A stretch of DNA of 42,890 nucleotides. It comes from a virus. Taxonomy: Duplodnaviria; Caudoviricetes. Where the stretch lies: the IMG/VR virus record IMGVR_UViG_3300002092_000078, positions 1 to 42,890 of that record. One strand, given 5' to 3'. The position numbers and the translations under genes are program-made. Positions 6,907-16,800 of the stretch are shown here, in pieces (within the stretch, counting starts at the first letter, position 1; the number at the start of each line of letters is the position of its first letter). The notes below the pieces were generated by a model that was not told the origin of the DNA, did not search any database, and worked only from the letters and a program-made list of their open reading frames with translations.

Positions 6907-7571
6907 CTGTCGCGGTTTTTATATATGCCTGTTACAATTGGCGTAACCCTTGCCGGTTTCTTACACTCTTCCAGCTTAGCTACAGGATATAAATTGAACT
7001 GTGCCGCATTGCGTACCAGGTAATCTTGCAAAGACACCCGAAGCGGTTCTACGCGCTCCATCATGATCTTGTCAGTCAGATACTTAATATCTTTCAAGTC
7101 AATACCGGACGACTGGCCCTTAGATCCACTTTCCATGAAAGATGGATTCGGGTTATTCTTGATGATGCCGGCACTGGTGAATTGCGCGTAGTTTTCCGGT
7201 AACGATACCAGGTAAACACACTCGGCTGTTAACTTCCAAAGCCGCTCAGTCCACAACTTTTTATAATTTGATGGCAGCAGCTCCAGCGCGTTAACTACAT
7301 CTCCATTCTGTAACTGGTATATATCATTACCATCCTTCAATGCAATATGCGTTTGCAGATCTTCTTTATTGGCATCGGTAACGATGACATTCTTTTTAGA
7401 TAGCATGTCTTCATACATATCTGTACCGAGCAACGGACGAATAAAACGCTCTTCAGCAATTTCAATGGCAGCCAGGAAGATATGCGGGTCGATAGACTGC
7501 ACACTGATCTTCTTAACTACCTCGTCGGACGTTATCAGTACAAATCGATCTATGAGATTAAGGCTGTACAT
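6897..7571 (-). CDS. Head-tail adaptor/connector (DUF6712-like)
   Basis: IEIAEERFIRPLLGTDMYEDM motif; directly after the portal. Confidence 0.65.
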   Translation of the reverse strand: MYSLNLIDRFVLITSDEVVKKISVQSIDPHIFLAAIEIAEERFIRPLLGTDMYEDMLSKKNVIVTDANKEDLQTHIALKDGNDIYQLQNGDVVNALELLPSNYKKLWTERLWKLTAECVYLVSLPENYAQFTSAGIIKNNPNPSFMESGSKGQSSGIDLKDIKYLTDKIMMERVEPLRVSLQDYLVRNAAQFNLYPVAKLEECKKPARVTPIVTGIYKNRDRWG

Positions 7572-9012
7572 TTTTGCTATTCTTTTGTGGTTTCCCGATC
7601 ATATCCGAAGCTTCTTGCTCGGACATGCCCCATCTCTTTGCTACAAACTTTGCGGCGGCTCCTTGCTCCCACTGGCCTCCTGCTACCATCTTCACTACAT
7701 TGATAAAGGCATTAATGCCGTTTACCGTTGTAGTCGCTTCGGTAACATCTTCGAAAAGATTAGAAAGTTGTACACTGATATCGAATTGACTCCATTTCGT
7801 GCCCAACCATTCATCGGCTATTTCAAACAGGGGAGTAAGGAAGTTATCCTTCATGGTCCTGTGAACCGGAGTGATAACCGTCTTCAATTTCTGATCGTAT
7901 ACTTCTTTCAGGTAGCCTTTACCTTTTCCAAGCGCTTTGCCGCTCTGCAGTCCTGCAAGTGCACTATCCCACTCATTAGCCAACATTATTTTCTCCACGG
8001 ACTTATCGTCCATTTCGATATAACTACCATCCTTATGTGTATCGAAAGACTTGTAAAATGCATCGTCAATACCATCTTCAGATGCTACTACAGCTATGCG
8101 GCCGTTCTTACCTTCTCCGGTGTGCTCGTTAATGACTGACTGTCCTATGCGTTGCGCCTCTTCTTCGCTGACATTACCCTTCAGAGCCAGCATGCCGGAA
8201 AGGACCATGTTACTTTCGAGGTTGTCCAGATTAAACCGGCTGCCCTGATACTCGATGAGCTGGTTAATGATTGACGCTACGTAAGATGGAAGACCGTAAT
8301 AGTCATAACCTGATATCTCAGTCCTGACCCATATACACGTGCGCTCCACTTCATTTTTAGTATCGTTTAGCCAGTAGTCATTTTTAGTGCCAGGGCCAGC
8401 GCTGTACAGTGGTATAGTAACGCAATTTTGGTTATTCAGCTCTATGATACCGCGCTTTCTGAATCGCTTGCTTATTACAGCGCTCTTTACCTCGTCGTTA
8501 GCATCAGGCCATGAAAGACGGCAATCCAACATATTGCGCACGTAAACCTTCAGGAACCTTTTACCCGCCGATGTGCCCCTGACAACCTCAAAGCATATAT
8601 TGCCGAATGCAAACAAGCTTTCCACGCCTGAACGATACACGCCATTTAGGCTCTGTCTCCGATTGTTGGCGTTGATAATGAAATCATCCCAGATCAGATC
8701 TTGCTTAGGCGTGTAGTCTTTGACTACCAACCCATCACCAACGGTATAGTTGGTTTTAGTATTGATACATGCATTTTGTGCAACACTACCCAACCTCGCA
8801 CGGACAATCGTAGTAAAGAAGTTGTCTTTCTGGTCGAGAAAAGGAATGTACCGTTGCCCATTTACGGCATATCCGATACTTCCTTCCATCTCCAGGGGAA
8901 CAGGGTTCTTAGGATCAAGGCGCACACCTCTTTCAGGCCGGTAATCATCATGATACCCGCTGTTTTTGATACTGCCTTTCTTCTGTTTGTTCCCTGTTAC
9001 CTTTTTGCGCAT
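7558..9012 (-). CDS. Portal protein
   Basis: 484 aa; LFAFGNICFEV, YYGLPSY, HTGEGKNGRIAV, IML.NEW portal-type motifs. Confidence 0.85.
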   Translation of the reverse strand: MRKKVTGNKQKKGSIKNSGYHDDYRPERGVRLDPKNPVPLEMEGSIGYAVNGQRYIPFLDQKDNFFTTIVRARLGSVAQNACINTKTNYTVGDGLVVKDYTPKQDLIWDDFIINANNRRQSLNGVYRSGVESLFAFGNICFEVVRGTSAGKRFLKVYVRNMLDCRLSWPDANDEVKSAVISKRFRKRGIIELNNQNCVTIPLYSAGPGTKNDYWLNDTKNEVERTCIWVRTEISGYDYYGLPSYVASIINQLIEYQGSRFNLDNLESNMVLSGMLALKGNVSEEEAQRIGQSVINEHTGEGKNGRIAVVASEDGIDDAFYKSFDTHKDGSYIEMDDKSVEKIMLANEWDSALAGLQSGKALGKGKGYLKEVYDQKLKTVITPVHRTMKDNFLTPLFEIADEWLGTKWSQFDISVQLSNLFEDVTEATTTVNGINAFINVVKMVAGGQWEQGAAAKFVAKRWGMSEQEASDMIGKPQKNSKNVQP

Positions 9013-9341
9013 TACTTCTTAGTTATGTCAGTCTCTGGTACCTGTGTAGCTGCTGGTGTATTTGATGCGGTATTAGTAGCAGCAGTAGTAGTGCTTGTTG
9101 TTGCCGTTAATGCCGGCTTAGCTGCTACTTCCTTTATTGCCGCGTCTACCTTAGTACCCGTAAGCTCTTCCAGTGTTGGCAGGCTTTCAAATGCCGATAA
9201 GAGCAACTTATTGCCTGAGTTGATAGCCGTAATGGCCAACTTAACCAGTTCATCCTGGCTATATTCCCCCAGCTTCTTACTGGTGCCGCTATGGCTTACA
9301 CGCCTGTTGGCCGAGTCCTTAGTAATTACAAGTTGTTTCAT
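9012..9341 (-). CDS. Small Ala/Thr-rich virion-region protein
   Basis: Likely start ATG 9341 (MKQLVITKDS), which avoids overlap with the upstream gene; low-complexity tail. Confidence 0.65.
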   Translation of the reverse strand: MKQLVITKDSANRRVSHSGTSKKLGEYSQDELVKLAITAINSGNKLLLSAFESLPTLEELTGTKVDAAIKEVAAKPALTATTSTTTAATNTASNTPAATQVPETDITKK

Positions 9342-9346
9342 ATAAT

Positions 9347-9937
9347 TTAAAATGGATTGGTTGTTATAAATACGGGGCTGCCTAAATACTCGCAAAGCAG
9401 TTGTGTCCAGGTGCCCTTTATCATGACTGTAGTTCCGTTGATGTCCTCATACTTTTTGCCGGTAGTGCCGGTAGTGCCATCCATATACAAGTGCAATGGA
9501 TTGATAGCTTCTTCCGAGTTGATGACCTTTTCACCCGCTATAAGTACTTTCCCAGAGTTCATTATGATCACCACCCCAACGCCGCAACACCCACCCGCCT
9601 TATCTATCAGGTCGTTCCACTGCGTCTGTATCATGGATAAGGCGTTAGCCGTGAATGTTATCTCATGATCGTACATAGCTGATACGCCCTTCTTACTGGA
9701 TTGCTTCACGCTGTAGTTGGCCTCATCCTTCTGAAATACTACTTTATAGAAAATGTGAAGGTTTGGAAAGTTCGCGCGATACTGGTGGTATACACTATAG
9801 TAACCCCTCTGAGTTAAACCTCCAGCTACATCGAACGTAAAGTCATATGGATCGAAGAACAATAATTGAGCAATGCCACCTGACACATTACTGCAGGTGG
9901 CATTCTTATTAGATGTTAGTGTCACACATATAGACAC
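9347..9937 (-). CDS. Tail tube-like protein, paralog 2
   Basis: Closely parallels 9951-10535 (TCSN..GG, FQ.DEA.YS.KQSSKKG, DKAGGCCG, DGTTGTTGKK). Confidence 0.65.
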   Translation of the reverse strand: MSICVTLTSNKNATCSNVSGGIAQLLFFDPYDFTFDVAGGLTQRGYYSVYHQYRANFPNLHIFYKVVFQKDEANYSVKQSSKKGVSAMYDHEITFTANALSMIQTQWNDLIDKAGGCCGVGVVIIMNSGKVLIAGEKVINSEEAINPLHLYMDGTTGTTGKKYEDINGTTVMIKGTWTQLLCEYLGSPVFITTNPF

Positions 9938-9950
9938 GATAGATTAATTA

Positions 9951-10535
9951 TTAAGCGGGTAAGAAAGCGGTGATGTCAGACAGTGGGCCGGTATAGTAAA
10001 TGGCTGCACGACTATAGTCACCTTTCAGCATTGGCACGATAGCATTGGAGTCGTCGAACTTCTTGCCAGTGGTGCCAGTGGTGCCGTCCTGGTAGAAGAA
10101 GAACGGAACGGTAAGCGGATCGCCGTTTACGGAGTTTTCACCCAGTATCCTGATCAGTCCGTCATTGGTCACGACGATAATACCTATACCACAGCAGCCG
10201 CCGGCCTTGTCCATCAATGCCGCCCACTGAGTTTGCAGCATATCCATTCCCGGACGCGTGAAAACTACCTGATGTTCGTACTTTGTAGAAAAGCCCTTTT
10301 TGCTTGACTGCTTGAAGCTGTACTCAGCTTCATCGCGCTGGAAGGATACTTCAAACAACGTACTTGGGTCATCCGTACTCAGGTCGGCTATAGCGGTATA
10401 TGGTTGAATGACACCGCTTACTGGTGCCGCTTGTGTCCAGTCGAAGTCAGCAGGATCGAAGATGTACATCTTAGCAACGCCACCAGGGGAATTGCTACAG
10501 GTGCTTTTATTGCTGATAAATTTTGTACAAAGCAT
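9951..10535 (-). CDS. Major tail tube-like protein, paralog 1
   Basis: 194 aa beta-rich protein after the capsid gene; C...GGV..MYI and TG....D.N motifs of Bacteroidota phage tail tubes. Confidence 0.7.
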   Translation of the reverse strand: MLCTKFISNKSTCSNSPGGVAKMYIFDPADFDWTQAAPVSGVIQPYTAIADLSTDDPSTLFEVSFQRDEAEYSFKQSSKKGFSTKYEHQVVFTRPGMDMLQTQWAALMDKAGGCCGIGIIVVTNDGLIRILGENSVNGDPLTVPFFFYQDGTTGTTGKKFDDSNAIVPMLKGDYSRAAIYYTGPLSDITAFLPA

Positions 10536-10585
10536 TGTTTATATCTTTTACTGTTAATAATAGTTTTGAAATGGTAGTGTCGCAA

Positions 10586-11602
10586 TTAGATTGCGTACAC
10601 TACCATTTCAGGTTCAGCGATCTGAGTACCGCCCTTCAGGAACTGGTTATAGTACCAGCTGAGTTCTTTACGTTCGTACCATATCATCAGCGCTTCTTCG
10701 TCGTTCTCACCTTCGCCATAGGTCTTATCGGTGCCAAATACGAAGTTTCCGCGCATGGTAAGGATACAGGCATGATGATTAGCATCACCGTGGATATCGG
10801 CCAGTATTGGCTTGAACAATGGAATTACGATGATCGGGATACCGTTGTATGTGTCGAGCGTCATAGCGCCCTTGCCGTACAGGTCTATCAACTCCTTAGA
10901 GCTGGTGCCCAGCGAACGTACATACTCCTGGTAGCCTGCCAGTATATCCTTGTCTACGTAGAACGCCTTAGACTGATCAGGGAGTGCATCCATCAATACC
11001 GGCTGTGCATCGTATACCGCCTTGATCAACTGGAAAGCCAATCCCGGATTAGCGCGATAATCGCCGACTGTAGCTTGCTTTGTCTGCGCTGCAGCTATCA
11101 ATCCGAGGTTGCTATACGTCAATAGCCATTTGAAAATGCCGTCAAATACGTTAGTGCTGAATGCACCGCCACCGACACGGTTAATATCGCCAAACCAGGC
11201 ATTTGCGGCAAGATCCGTACGCATAGCCTTCTGGAAGAAAGGAAGAATCCTGCTGCCAAACAGATCACTTTCGTTGCGCCAGTCGCGTAAGTCTCCCTGG
11301 TAGAATTCGTTCTGGCAGTGCTTTGTGGCACCATACAGATCAGATACTTCGATAGAGCGAACGCCGGTGCCCATTACCTTTTTGTAATTGAGCTCACATG
11401 AAGCATCCCGGCGTTGCAGGATGTTCATTTTCTGGCGGATGTCTACGACCGGCCGCCTGCTTTTCACGTTGTCCATCAGCGTGAATTCCGTAAGTACACC
11501 ATCGTATACACCTTGACCAGCAGGAAGCAGGTCGGAGAATGCCGGGTGAATTACTGCCTCGAACATCTCGAGCGGGGCTATAACAAAGCTTTCAAATGCC
11601 AT
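10586..11602 (-). CDS. Major capsid protein
   Basis: 338 aa downstream of the protease; FDGIFK, TYNGIPIIVIP, NFVFGTD, GTQIAEPEMVVY. Confidence 0.85.
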   Translation of the reverse strand: MAFESFVIAPLEMFEAVIHPAFSDLLPAGQGVYDGVLTEFTLMDNVKSRRPVVDIRQKMNILQRRDASCELNYKKVMGTGVRSIEVSDLYGATKHCQNEFYQGDLRDWRNESDLFGSRILPFFQKAMRTDLAANAWFGDINRVGGGAFSTNVFDGIFKWLLTYSNLGLIAAAQTKQATVGDYRANPGLAFQLIKAVYDAQPVLMDALPDQSKAFYVDKDILAGYQEYVRSLGTSSKELIDLYGKGAMTLDTYNGIPIIVIPLFKPILADIHGDANHHACILTMRGNFVFGTDKTYGEGENDEEALMIWYERKELSWYYNQFLKGGTQIAEPEMVVYAI

Positions 11603-11641
11603 TGTATGTAATTTTTAGTTGTTGATTTAATGGGTGTGCTA

Positions 11642-12049
11642 TTAGCCAAGTGCTGTTGAGAATTGGCCGCTTGTCCAGTTGGCAAGAGTGCCAGTTGAAT
11701 CCGTCAGATTAGTGACCTTGGCAGAACCATCGGAAATACAACCCTTTGTTGTTACTATAGTGGCACAAACTGTAACGCCCTCCGACGTATCAAGATCTGA
11801 TATGTCGATTTCGGTATCAGCGCTTGCTATTGCACTGGCCCTTTCGCCGTAAGCTGTACCACCCTTGGTATCATGTACCTTGTAGTTAATGTGCTTCAGC
11901 GAATCCGTTGCAGGATAGGTGATCACATCCGATGTAAGAGTGATATTGCCATCACCTATACATGTGTATGATATTCCTGGTACAAATCCTATCGTGTTAA
12001 CCGGTGGTTGGTTGACATGAAGTAACGGGCTGTTATCTACTGCTGTCAT
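11642..12049 (-). CDS. Putative head decoration/structural protein
   Basis: 135 aa beta-rich Thr/Ser protein between protease and capsid. Confidence 0.5.
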   Translation of the reverse strand: MTAVDNSPLLHVNQPPVNTIGFVPGISYTCIGDGNITLTSDVITYPATDSLKHINYKVHDTKGGTAYGERASAIASADTEIDISDLDTSEGVTVCATIVTTKGCISDGSAKVTNLTDSTGTLANWTSGQFSTALG

Positions 12050-12088
12050 CGTTATGATATTTATTAAGTTGAAAAAGTCTTTTTGTGA

Positions 12089-13192
12089 TTACTTGGTGAT
12101 GCCGCGACCGAAGGCCTTTACTGGCTTGTCATCGTCACCAGCATTGGAAGGGCCGCCCTTTCCTTTCTTGGCATCTGCTACCAGGTTGGCAACTGTTGCC
12201 TCCAAAGTTTCCAGCTTCGCCGTCAATGCCGTGTTAGCTTCTGAAAGTGTTGTGTTGCTGTTACGTAGTGTATCCAGCTCAGTGTTGATCTCACCCTCCA
12301 GCTCGTTAAGCATGTTGGTTACAGGCTCTGCCAATGCAGTATGCAAATCGAGCACTTCGCCTTTATTGGTTACGCCTACATTCTTGATAGCGCCGCTGAA
12401 CTTGTCGGCTATATTTTTCACTTTCATAAGAAAATTATTAAGTACGTTTTTAATGGATTCAGCGTCATTATACTGCTGCTCTTCATCTGTATTTTCTACA
12501 GGCTCGAAGGCTTTAATACGCGCCATCAGATCTGCTTCAGTTACGTTGTTGTAGATGGCTACGGCATCTTTAAGGCGGTTGGTAACCGATACGCCGTTGT
12601 ATGTAGAGTCGATAAAACCAGCATCGCAGGCCTCTTGTCCTGTCATCCAGCAATCACCATCAGCCCAAAGAGCTGCAACGGCATCGGCACTCATGCCCAT
12701 TGTATTGCGGAGGGAAAGAATATCAGCTACTTGGCTTGTATAACGGTCAACTATATCTGCCATTTCACGCATGTCCTTTGCAGTGCCACACGCTTCGGCG
12801 CTTGCCTCATGTATTACGTAGAAGCTATTGCGAGGAGCTGTCAACTTACCTTTGCTTGCAGCAGCAGCGATAACAGTGGCCGCGCTCATGCACATACCAG
12901 TGATTTCGACTTCTACTTTTGCCGGGTAGTTTTTCAGGAAGTTGTAAATGCTCATAGCGATACCGAGATCACCGCCCAGGCTATCTATATAACACTTTAT
13001 GGTAGTCGGCTTCTCATTCTTAACCTGGTTAATGAGGTCCGCTACAGTGTTTGTTTCATACACCATGCCGGTCCACCAGTCATAAACCAAACAATCCTCA
13101 ATGACATCGAGGAAGTAAAGCTCCAGCACTCCGCTATCAACGGAGTTTGTGACTTTATTCTTTATCCCGACTTTAAACTGTGGCTTTGGCAT
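12089..13192 (-). CDS. ClpP-like prohead protease with C-terminal scaffold
   Basis: YIDSLGGD, ITGMCMSAATVI (catalytic Ser), YVIHEA (His), WMTGQEACDAGFID; coiled-coil C-terminus. Confidence 0.9.
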   Translation of the reverse strand: MPKPQFKVGIKNKVTNSVDSGVLELYFLDVIEDCLVYDWWTGMVYETNTVADLINQVKNEKPTTIKCYIDSLGGDLGIAMSIYNFLKNYPAKVEVEITGMCMSAATVIAAAASKGKLTAPRNSFYVIHEASAEACGTAKDMREMADIVDRYTSQVADILSLRNTMGMSADAVAALWADGDCWMTGQEACDAGFIDSTYNGVSVTNRLKDAVAIYNNVTEADLMARIKAFEPVENTDEEQQYNDAESIKNVLNNFLMKVKNIADKFSGAIKNVGVTNKGEVLDLHTALAEPVTNMLNELEGEINTELDTLRNSNTTLSEANTALTAKLETLEATVANLVADAKKGKGGPSNAGDDDKPVKAFGRGITK

Positions 13193-13222
13193 ACAATTTT
13201 TTACCTTATCTGGTACAAAATT

Positions 13223-13239
13223 GTAAATAATATATTTAC
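13223..13239. promoter_or_regulatory. Palindromic site upstream of the head operon
   Basis: GTAAATA-ata-TATTTAC; near copy at 26366-26382. Confidence 0.4.
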
Positions 13240-13287
13240 TATAGACGTATTTTACTTACTAATGTGCCGTAAAAGGGCATAGTTTAG

Positions 13288-13295
13288 TATCTTTG
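13288..13295 (+). promoter_or_regulatory. Bacteroidota -7 promoter element
   Basis: TATCTTTG 5 nt before ATG 13301. Confidence 0.55.
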
Positions 13296-13300
13296 ATGAT

Positions 13301-13666
13301 ATGACACTTACACACTTGATAAGAAAATCAGAGGCAAATATTAATGAGTCTGCGTCAATGGCTTTCATGGATATGGCCATCAATCATTTGGTATCATCAA
13401 TAGATAAAAAAAAGATCGATTTAGTATCAGAACTGTTTTTACAACGAACTGGGGAGGAATTAAACGACTATAGTAAAAATCGTGTTTTGTGCGTATTGCC
13501 GTATTACAGCAGCTTAGACAAGATGAGAGAAGTTATTATGATTGATGGGAAACCCGCTGTAGAGTTTTACGCGCTTTATACAAGGACTATGTATTACGAT
13601 GAAATTAGCGTGGTGTACAAATTGGCGACTGAACTACGTTACAGGATTATTGATCCAAACACTTAG
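13301..13666 (+). CDS. Opposite-strand accessory (moron) gene
   Basis: 121 aa, AT-rich, own promoter, between tail and head genes. Confidence 0.7.
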   Translation: MTLTHLIRKSEANINESASMAFMDMAINHLVSSIDKKKIDLVSELFLQRTGEELNDYSKNRVLCVLPYYSSLDKMREVIMIDGKPAVEFYALYTRTMYYDEISVVYKLATELRYRIIDPNT

Positions 13667-13856
13667 CGCAAGCCACACGCACTGTCTTCTTACTTACACT
13701 CAGCGTGTTTGCCACTTGCTGTAAAGACTTTCCTTGTTTTCTTAGCTGGCAGATGGCATAGGTTGATGTATCAAGTTCCGTTACCAACTTGAATTTCTCC
13801 CAGTCGGTAACGGCAAGATCCCTTAATTCCTTTTCCATCTTTTCGGCCGCGGTCAT
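13647..13856 (-). CDS. Small HTH protein (possible late regulator)
   Basis: LRKQGKSLQQVANTLSVSKKTVR; ATGA-like coupling to the tape measure stop. Confidence 0.7.
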   Translation of the reverse strand: MTAAEKMEKELRDLAVTDWEKFKLVTELDTSTYAICQLRKQGKSLQQVANTLSVSKKTVRVACAKCLDQ

Positions 13857-16800
13857 AATTGTACCTTTTTCGTAGTGTTGTAGTTAAGCCTTGATGACAG
13901 CTTATTAGTATCTAAAGATACATTCATATTCTGTATACCTGCCATTACAGTTATCATAGTATTGTGCACAACAGCAAATCCTTCAGCAATGGCATCGAAC
14001 CGGCCATCATCCTGCCATCCTGATTGCTTACCGCCGGAGTGGTTTGAATAATATGCAGGCGCTGTAAGTTGTGCACCCATGGTACCTGGATAACTAAACG
14101 AGCTCAGCTTTGTCATATCTGACACTGGTTCATACGGTATTACATTGGCACCCTTCGGCATCCACGTAGATGTAGCTTTATCAGGGCTTATGAAGAACTG
14201 GCCGCCTATTTCAATTATCTCCTTTTTCTTACCATCACCTACTACGGCCATGCCGCCCGGGTGTCCTTCTTCGCCTGTACCACCGGCATAGGCTGGTGCT
14301 GCTGACAGCAAGGCCAACTTTGCACCGTAAGTAGCGGTTAGCACCGTCTCTTCAGCGGCAACCTCCGCCCAACCTTCAGGGCCTTTCCATATGTTAGCAG
14401 CAACTATCTTCAAGGCTGCTGCTGCATACTCAATCATCATTTGCTGTTTGGCTCTCTGCTGTGCACGGACTGCCTTTTCTTTCTCGATCTGCTCCTGCTG
14501 TATGGTGAATGCCTTTTCATTGGCCAGCTGCTGCTGCTTGGATTGCACCTGTGAAGAAAGTAACTTCTGATTCCACGCCATTTGCTTTTGGGCTGATCGG
14601 TCACGGGCTGCATCCTGTGCAGCAAGTAGCTGCATTTCAGCTTCTGCGGCCTGTTGTGCAATATCTACGGCTCCATTGGTGAGGGTCTCCTTTATGCGCA
14701 ACTTTTCAGCCTCCGCCCGGGCATTCATTTGTTCGGTAGCATTGGCTATGGCGTTCTTTGCTTGTGCCTGCTGATTAAGTAACTCGGTTATTTCCTTTTC
14801 AGTTTGCAGAAGAGCTTCGCCGGCCGCTCTGCGTTCTTCATCTGTCTTTGCAGACTGGAGATCTGCTTCATTCCTTTTTTTTGCGACCTCAGCATCTGGC
14901 AATTTGATATCTACAGCTCGCAAAGTGACATTGGCCTTATCAATGGCTGACTGAGCCTCTGCCATTTCACGCGCATGATCTTTATACTCTTTACCACCGG
15001 AACCACTGGTTATAGCACTCAGCTTGTTCAATAAGGCAGTGTCAATGTTCTGGGTGAATATTGCAGATATCTTATCAGTTTCAGCAGAAAGCGTATTAAA
15101 GAAGGTATTGGCTATAGATAACCGTTGTGCATATCCTTCGCGCTCTATTTGACGCATGCGCGCTTCATGCTGCCTGGTCAACTCTTCAGTATCCGTACCG
15201 TTCTTTACGTATGCCTCATACATATCGTCGTATGACTTCGTTTCCGCTACTACCTTTGCCCGGCTTTCCGATTCAGCAGCAGCCAGGAACGCATCGTAAG
15301 CCGGAACGCCGCCCTTTGCCTGTAGGTTAGCTATCTGGGCCGCACTCTGTGTTTCCGATACGGCGTATCCACGCCCTGTTTTTGCCTGCTGATCAAGGAA
15401 CGCATTCACTTGGTTTTGCCTTTCCTGATCGGCCTGCAGCTTCAGATTATTTAGCAATCGCTCATATTTAGAGATACTTTCACCGTCCGATGGGTTCTCC
15501 TTTATATACTGGTCGCGCTGCCTTGCAAGGTCATCATACATTATTTTGTACTTAGCCAGTACATTTTCAGTTATGGTGTCAACGCTTTCGAAGTATTGCT
15601 TCTGCTGCATCAGGCGCAGTTCGTCATCTGACTGGACAATCGACTTGTTTAGCTCTTTGTGCTTTGCCTCAGACATCAGCCTATATTTAGCCTGGAACTC
15701 CGCTTCAGCATTTATCTTTTCATCATTCAGCTTTTCAAGATCTGCGTTCAGCTTGCTTTGCTGTTTATCTATACTGCCATTACCGCCCATGAGGCTATCA
15801 TACAGCTGACTGTCGCTCACTCCGTCCTTCTTAGCCTTTTCACGCTGTTTTTTGAGGTACTCTATAGTCGTGGTTGATGTACCTTCGGGAGCCGCTCCAT
15901 TAAGTATCTTATCAAAATTAGCGCCGTATTTGGAAGAAGCAAGCACTACGGCCAAATCATCATATAGCTTCTTTTCTTCGAGTAGGTTCTCCTTTTTCTT
16001 GTCGAAGATGGCATTCTGTTTATCGAAAAGATCTTTTTCGTACTTATACTTTTCCTCATTGATGATGCCTATAGCTCTTGCATTGTCAAGCTCTTGCTTT
16101 ACGGCCTGTTCACCTGCTTTTGTGCCGACTTCAATAGCATCGTTGTACTTAGTGATTGCCTCGATCTCTTTTACTATGGCCGCTGTGACAGAATCTGTGG
16201 CCTCTTTCAAATCTGTCGCTTCTTTCTTCGCCTCGCCCATATGCATTGTAAACATGGTGATAGCCGTAACGGCAAGAGTAGCCAGGGTACCTATATTAGT
16301 AAAGGCTCCCCCGAGCGTAGCCAATATACTAACCGGCTCTTTACCCTCCGCTACAAGTGCAGCGTTCTCGGTCCGCATTTTCTTCACACCATCTAAGAAC
16401 ATGGGTATATTGTTACTGATACCTTCAAGTCCAGTGGAAAAGGACATAGCAAAGGCCGGGCTATCTCTCAATATATCCCTCAATCCCTCTACGGCTTCAT
16501 TATACTGACCCACCTTTCGCTGGCCTTGGCCGGTGGCAACCTCTACAGTATGCAGCGCATTACTCAGGTCTAACGCCTTTTGTTGAGCGTCTGCCAGCTT
16601 CGGGGCCATCTCTGCTAACTCCTGATTTTTGGCAGCAAAGCTTATCTGTTCGCTCGGCGCTTTGATCTGAGCCAGCTCATCAGCCTCGCGCTGTAAAAGA
16701 TATTGCTGAGCTCCAAGTTCCTGGGCTTCATCGGCCGCTGCTTTGTACTCAGCCTTCAGCCGGGCAAGCGCTGTTTGCGTTTTCTCATAGGCCTCCTTTT

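Noticed and set aside
7369-9345. Plus-strand ORFs of 256 and 214 aa
   Set aside because: Antisense to the portal and neighbours; shadow ORFs.
12341-13282. 313-aa plus-strand ORF
   Set aside because: Antisense shadow of the Clp protease with no motif or plausible composition.
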